The notes under the pieces were generated by a model. That model ran no database searches and was not told the DNA's origin. It worked only from the letters and a program-made list of their open reading frames with translations. From contig JBFWVC010000009.1 in the NCBI GenBank assembly GCA_050246945.1, forward strand, positions 30,644-94,643: a DNA stretch of 64,000 nucleotides. The letters are read 5' to 3'. Made by a program: the position numbers and the translations under genes. The DNA comes from Hyphomicrobiaceae bacterium (GTDB lineage: Bacteria; Pseudomonadota; Alphaproteobacteria; Rhizobiales; Hyphomicrobiaceae). This document shows positions 61,959-64,000 of this stretch, one piece after another (position 1 is the first letter of the stretch; each line of letters begins with the position of its first letter).

Positions 61959-62846
61959 TTACTTGTCGGCCGGAGCGCTCTTCTTGTTCCAGCGCTCGGC
62001 CATGCCCGGAGGCAGATCGGCCGCTGTGATCCTGCCGTCCTTGTCGAGATCGATGTCGGCGAAACGCTGCTTGGATCGCGCGGCGAACTCGTCCGCACTC
62101 ACCTTGCCGTCACCGTCCTTGTCGAGAACATGCAGCTCCTTCTTCTGGAACCAGCTGAGCCTCTCGGAAGTTCGTGCCTCCAGGTCCGCCGTCGTGATGA
62201 CGCCGTCGCCGTTGACATCGAGACGCGCGAATCGCTCGGCTGAACGCTGGGCCCGGTTGCCGCGGCCTCGCTCGGCCTGATCACCTTCCGGTTTGCGGGT
62301 GGCACCGTCCTCCGCAGCCCCGCCTTCCGCGTTGCTGTCCTGCTGCCGCTTCATGCCGCCGCGCATGCGGTGGTGTCCGCCGTCGTGCCCATCGCGTCCG
62401 CGGTGCATACCGCGCCGGCCGTGATGAGCGGCGCTCTCGAACTCGTCCTTCGTGACCTTGCCATCACCATCGACATCCAGACGCGCCATCATCATGCGCT
62501 GGCGCTGGCCAGCATTCTGCATCATGCGTGCGGAAAGCTCGGCAGCATCGAGCGAGCCATCCGAGTTCTTGTCGATTTCGGCAAAGCGTTCCAAACGCGG
62601 CTTCAGAAATTCATCGAGCGTCACCACCCCGTCCTTGTCGGCATCGAGTTGCTTGAGCGCCGCTATGCGGCCCATCTTGCCGTGCCGTCTGCCGCCGTGG
62701 CCAAAGCCATGGCCATCGAAACGGGCTTCATGCCAACCACCGTGTCCGCCCCCCCTGCCAAAATGACCGCCAGCTGCAGCGACCGCCGAAGCGACGCCAA
62801 CCGTTGCCAGAAGTGCGACAGAGAGAGCCAAGCCCTTGCGATTCAT
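61959..62846 (-). CDS. Exported six-EF-hand, His/Gly-rich calcium/metal-binding protein
   Basis: It starts at MNRKGLALSVALLATVGVASAVAA (signal peptide, GGAGG RBS). The six DxDxDG loops are DADKDGVVTLDEF, DKNSDGSLDAAEL, DVDGDGKVTKDEF, DVNGDGVITTADL, DKDGDGKVSADEF and DLDKDGRITAADL. It also has GGHGGWH / HDGGHH tracts. Confidence 0.8.
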   Translation of the reverse strand: MNRKGLALSVALLATVGVASAVAAAGGHFGRGGGHGGWHEARFDGHGFGHGGRRHGKMGRIAALKQLDADKDGVVTLDEFLKPRLERFAEIDKNSDGSLDAAELSARMMQNAGQRQRMMMARLDVDGDGKVTKDEFESAAHHGRRGMHRGRDGHDGGHHRMRGGMKRQQDSNAEGGAAEDGATRKPEGDQAERGRGNRAQRSAERFARLDVNGDGVITTADLEARTSERLSWFQKKELHVLDKDGDGKVSADEFAARSKQRFADIDLDKDGRITAADLPPGMAERWNKKSAPADK

Positions 62847-62958
62847 TGATAAAAACCTCCGTTCAAGCGCCGCATTTGCGGCCCGTATGAACAAAGAACG
62901 CTCGAACGCGGCAATTCCGTCGCGCCTGCCCCGATTTTCTAAATTCAAGCGCGGGCGT

Positions 62959-64000
62959 TCACGCGACGATCGCATTGTACAGTTCAGCGACCGAAGCCAG
63001 CGTCTCGCCGAGCCTTGTCTCGAGGGCCTGGAATGTCGGCGCATCACCGGCACGCATGAGAAGCTCCTTGAGGCCCTTAGGCGCCGCCGCTGGATCGAAG
63101 GGGTCATCGAGGCACAGTCGCAGGATCTGCGTGAGGTTGTGGATGAGCTCCGCCGCAGGAATGAGGACGTCCGCGTGCTCGCCCGAGAGATAGCCATGCG
63201 TAGCAAGCTTGCGCAGTGCCCTCGCCGTATTCTGGTCTAGCACTTGCGGAAACTTTGCCGCCGCGACGAGTTGCAGGAATTGCGCAATGAATTCCAGATC
63301 GACGAGTCCACCACGCACCTGCTTCAGGTCCCAGATATTGCTTGTGCCCTTCTCCTTGGCAATCCGGTCGCGCATTTCACGCACATCGGCGGCTACCTTC
63401 GCCCGGTCGCGCGGGCGGCGAAGAGCGGAGTCGATCGCCGCTTCCACTTTTGCGCGCAGAAGTGGCGGGCCCGTGATGACGCGTGCCCGTGTCAGCGCCA
63501 TGTGCTCCCACGTCCACGCCTCATTCGCCTGATAATCGATGAAGCTCGAAAGCCGCGCCGCCAGTGGACCGCTCTGACCTGATGGCCGCAGGCGCATGTC
63601 CACCTCGTAGAGCGTACCTTCTGCCGTCGGCGCCGACAGCGCCGTCACCAGCCGCTGCGTCATGCGCGCATAGTACTGGCTCGGCGCCAGCGGTCGCGCA
63701 CCATCCGATTGGGTCACCTGCTCGTCGAAGTCGTATACGACGATAAGATCGAGATCGGAAGCCGCCGTCATCTCGTGGCCTCCGAGCTTTCCCATCGCCA
63801 ATACCACCGCCGCGCCACCAGGCACGACGCCGTGGCTGCGCGACAATTCCAGTTCGACGAATCCCTGAAGGGCGCCGATGAGGCGTTCTGCCAGAAGTGC
63901 GTAGGCTCCGCCCGCCTGACCCGCGTTGATTGAACCCGAAAGCACCCGCACTCCAATCAGAAACGCCTGCTCGCTGCCCACCACGCGCGCCCTGTCGAGC
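62959..64000 (-). CDS. glnE: Glutamine synthetase adenylyltransferase/deadenylase, C-terminal part; the N-terminus lies beyond the window end
   Basis: GKLGGHEMTAASDLDLIVVYD.., YEVDMRLRPSGQSGPLA.., and DLKQVRGGLVDLEF. The frame is open to base 64000. Confidence 0.9.
   Translation of the reverse strand, partial: LDRARVVGSEQAFLIGVRVLSGSINAGQAGGAYALLAERLIGALQGFVELELSRSHGVVPGGAAVVLAMGKLGGHEMTAASDLDLIVVYDFDEQVTQSDGARPLAPSQYYARMTQRLVTALSAPTAEGTLYEVDMRLRPSGQSGPLAARLSSFIDYQANEAWTWEHMALTRARVITGPPLLRAKVEAAIDSALRRPRDRAKVAADVREMRDRIAKEKGTSNIWDLKQVRGGLVDLEFIAQFLQLVAAAKFPQVLDQNTARALRKLATHGYLSGEHADVLIPAAELIHNLTQILRLCLDDPFDPAAAPKGLKELLMRAGDAPTFQALETRLGETLASVAELYNAIVA

Overview
GC-rich alphaproteobacterial chromosome segment. 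Gene order resembles Hyphomicrobiales/Rhizobiales, but no species can be assigned from the sequence alone. Bases 1-46,200 are almost entirely minus-strand housekeeping genes: dnaE (partial), lolD, lolC/E, proS, an orphan ORF, DUF1467, mce, rnj, birA, a full complex I cluster nuoN..nuoA, tRNA-Asp, an orphan NarL/LuxR response regulator, tRNA-Val, hupB, lon, clpX, clpP, tig, tRNA-Leu and a beta-barrel porin. Bases 46,400-64,000 are mixed-strand, more accessory-like. They carry a cysK-like PLP enzyme, sseA, a rhodanese, pirin, a di-heme DUF1111 protein, a PAP2 phosphatase, a MoaD/ThiS-like beta-grasp protein, a Cys-rich small protein, selO and pepN. They also carry a histidine kinase with a degenerate ATPase domain, an ECF sigma / anti-sigma / Spy-like module with a six-EF-hand His-rich exported protein, and glnE (partial). 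I found no CRISPR array, rRNA, transposase or integrase. The most unusual feature is the architecture of the nuo locus. Three small membrane ORFs are wedged between nuo genes, two of them with ATGA start/stop overlaps. Two soluble enzymes (GFA-family, FlK-like thioesterase) are packed between nuoC and nuoD. A ~5.4-kb five-gene block, including an SQR-like flavoprotein that keeps both catalytic cysteines, splits nuoD from nuoE. Other notable points are a ~150-nt structured intergenic repeat present twice, an archaeal/eukaryote-type ProRS, an orphan ORF with atypical codon usage, and near-identical sigma32-type promoter motifs upstream of lon and clpX. All functional calls come from reading the translations and recalling family motifs. 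No database search was possible.
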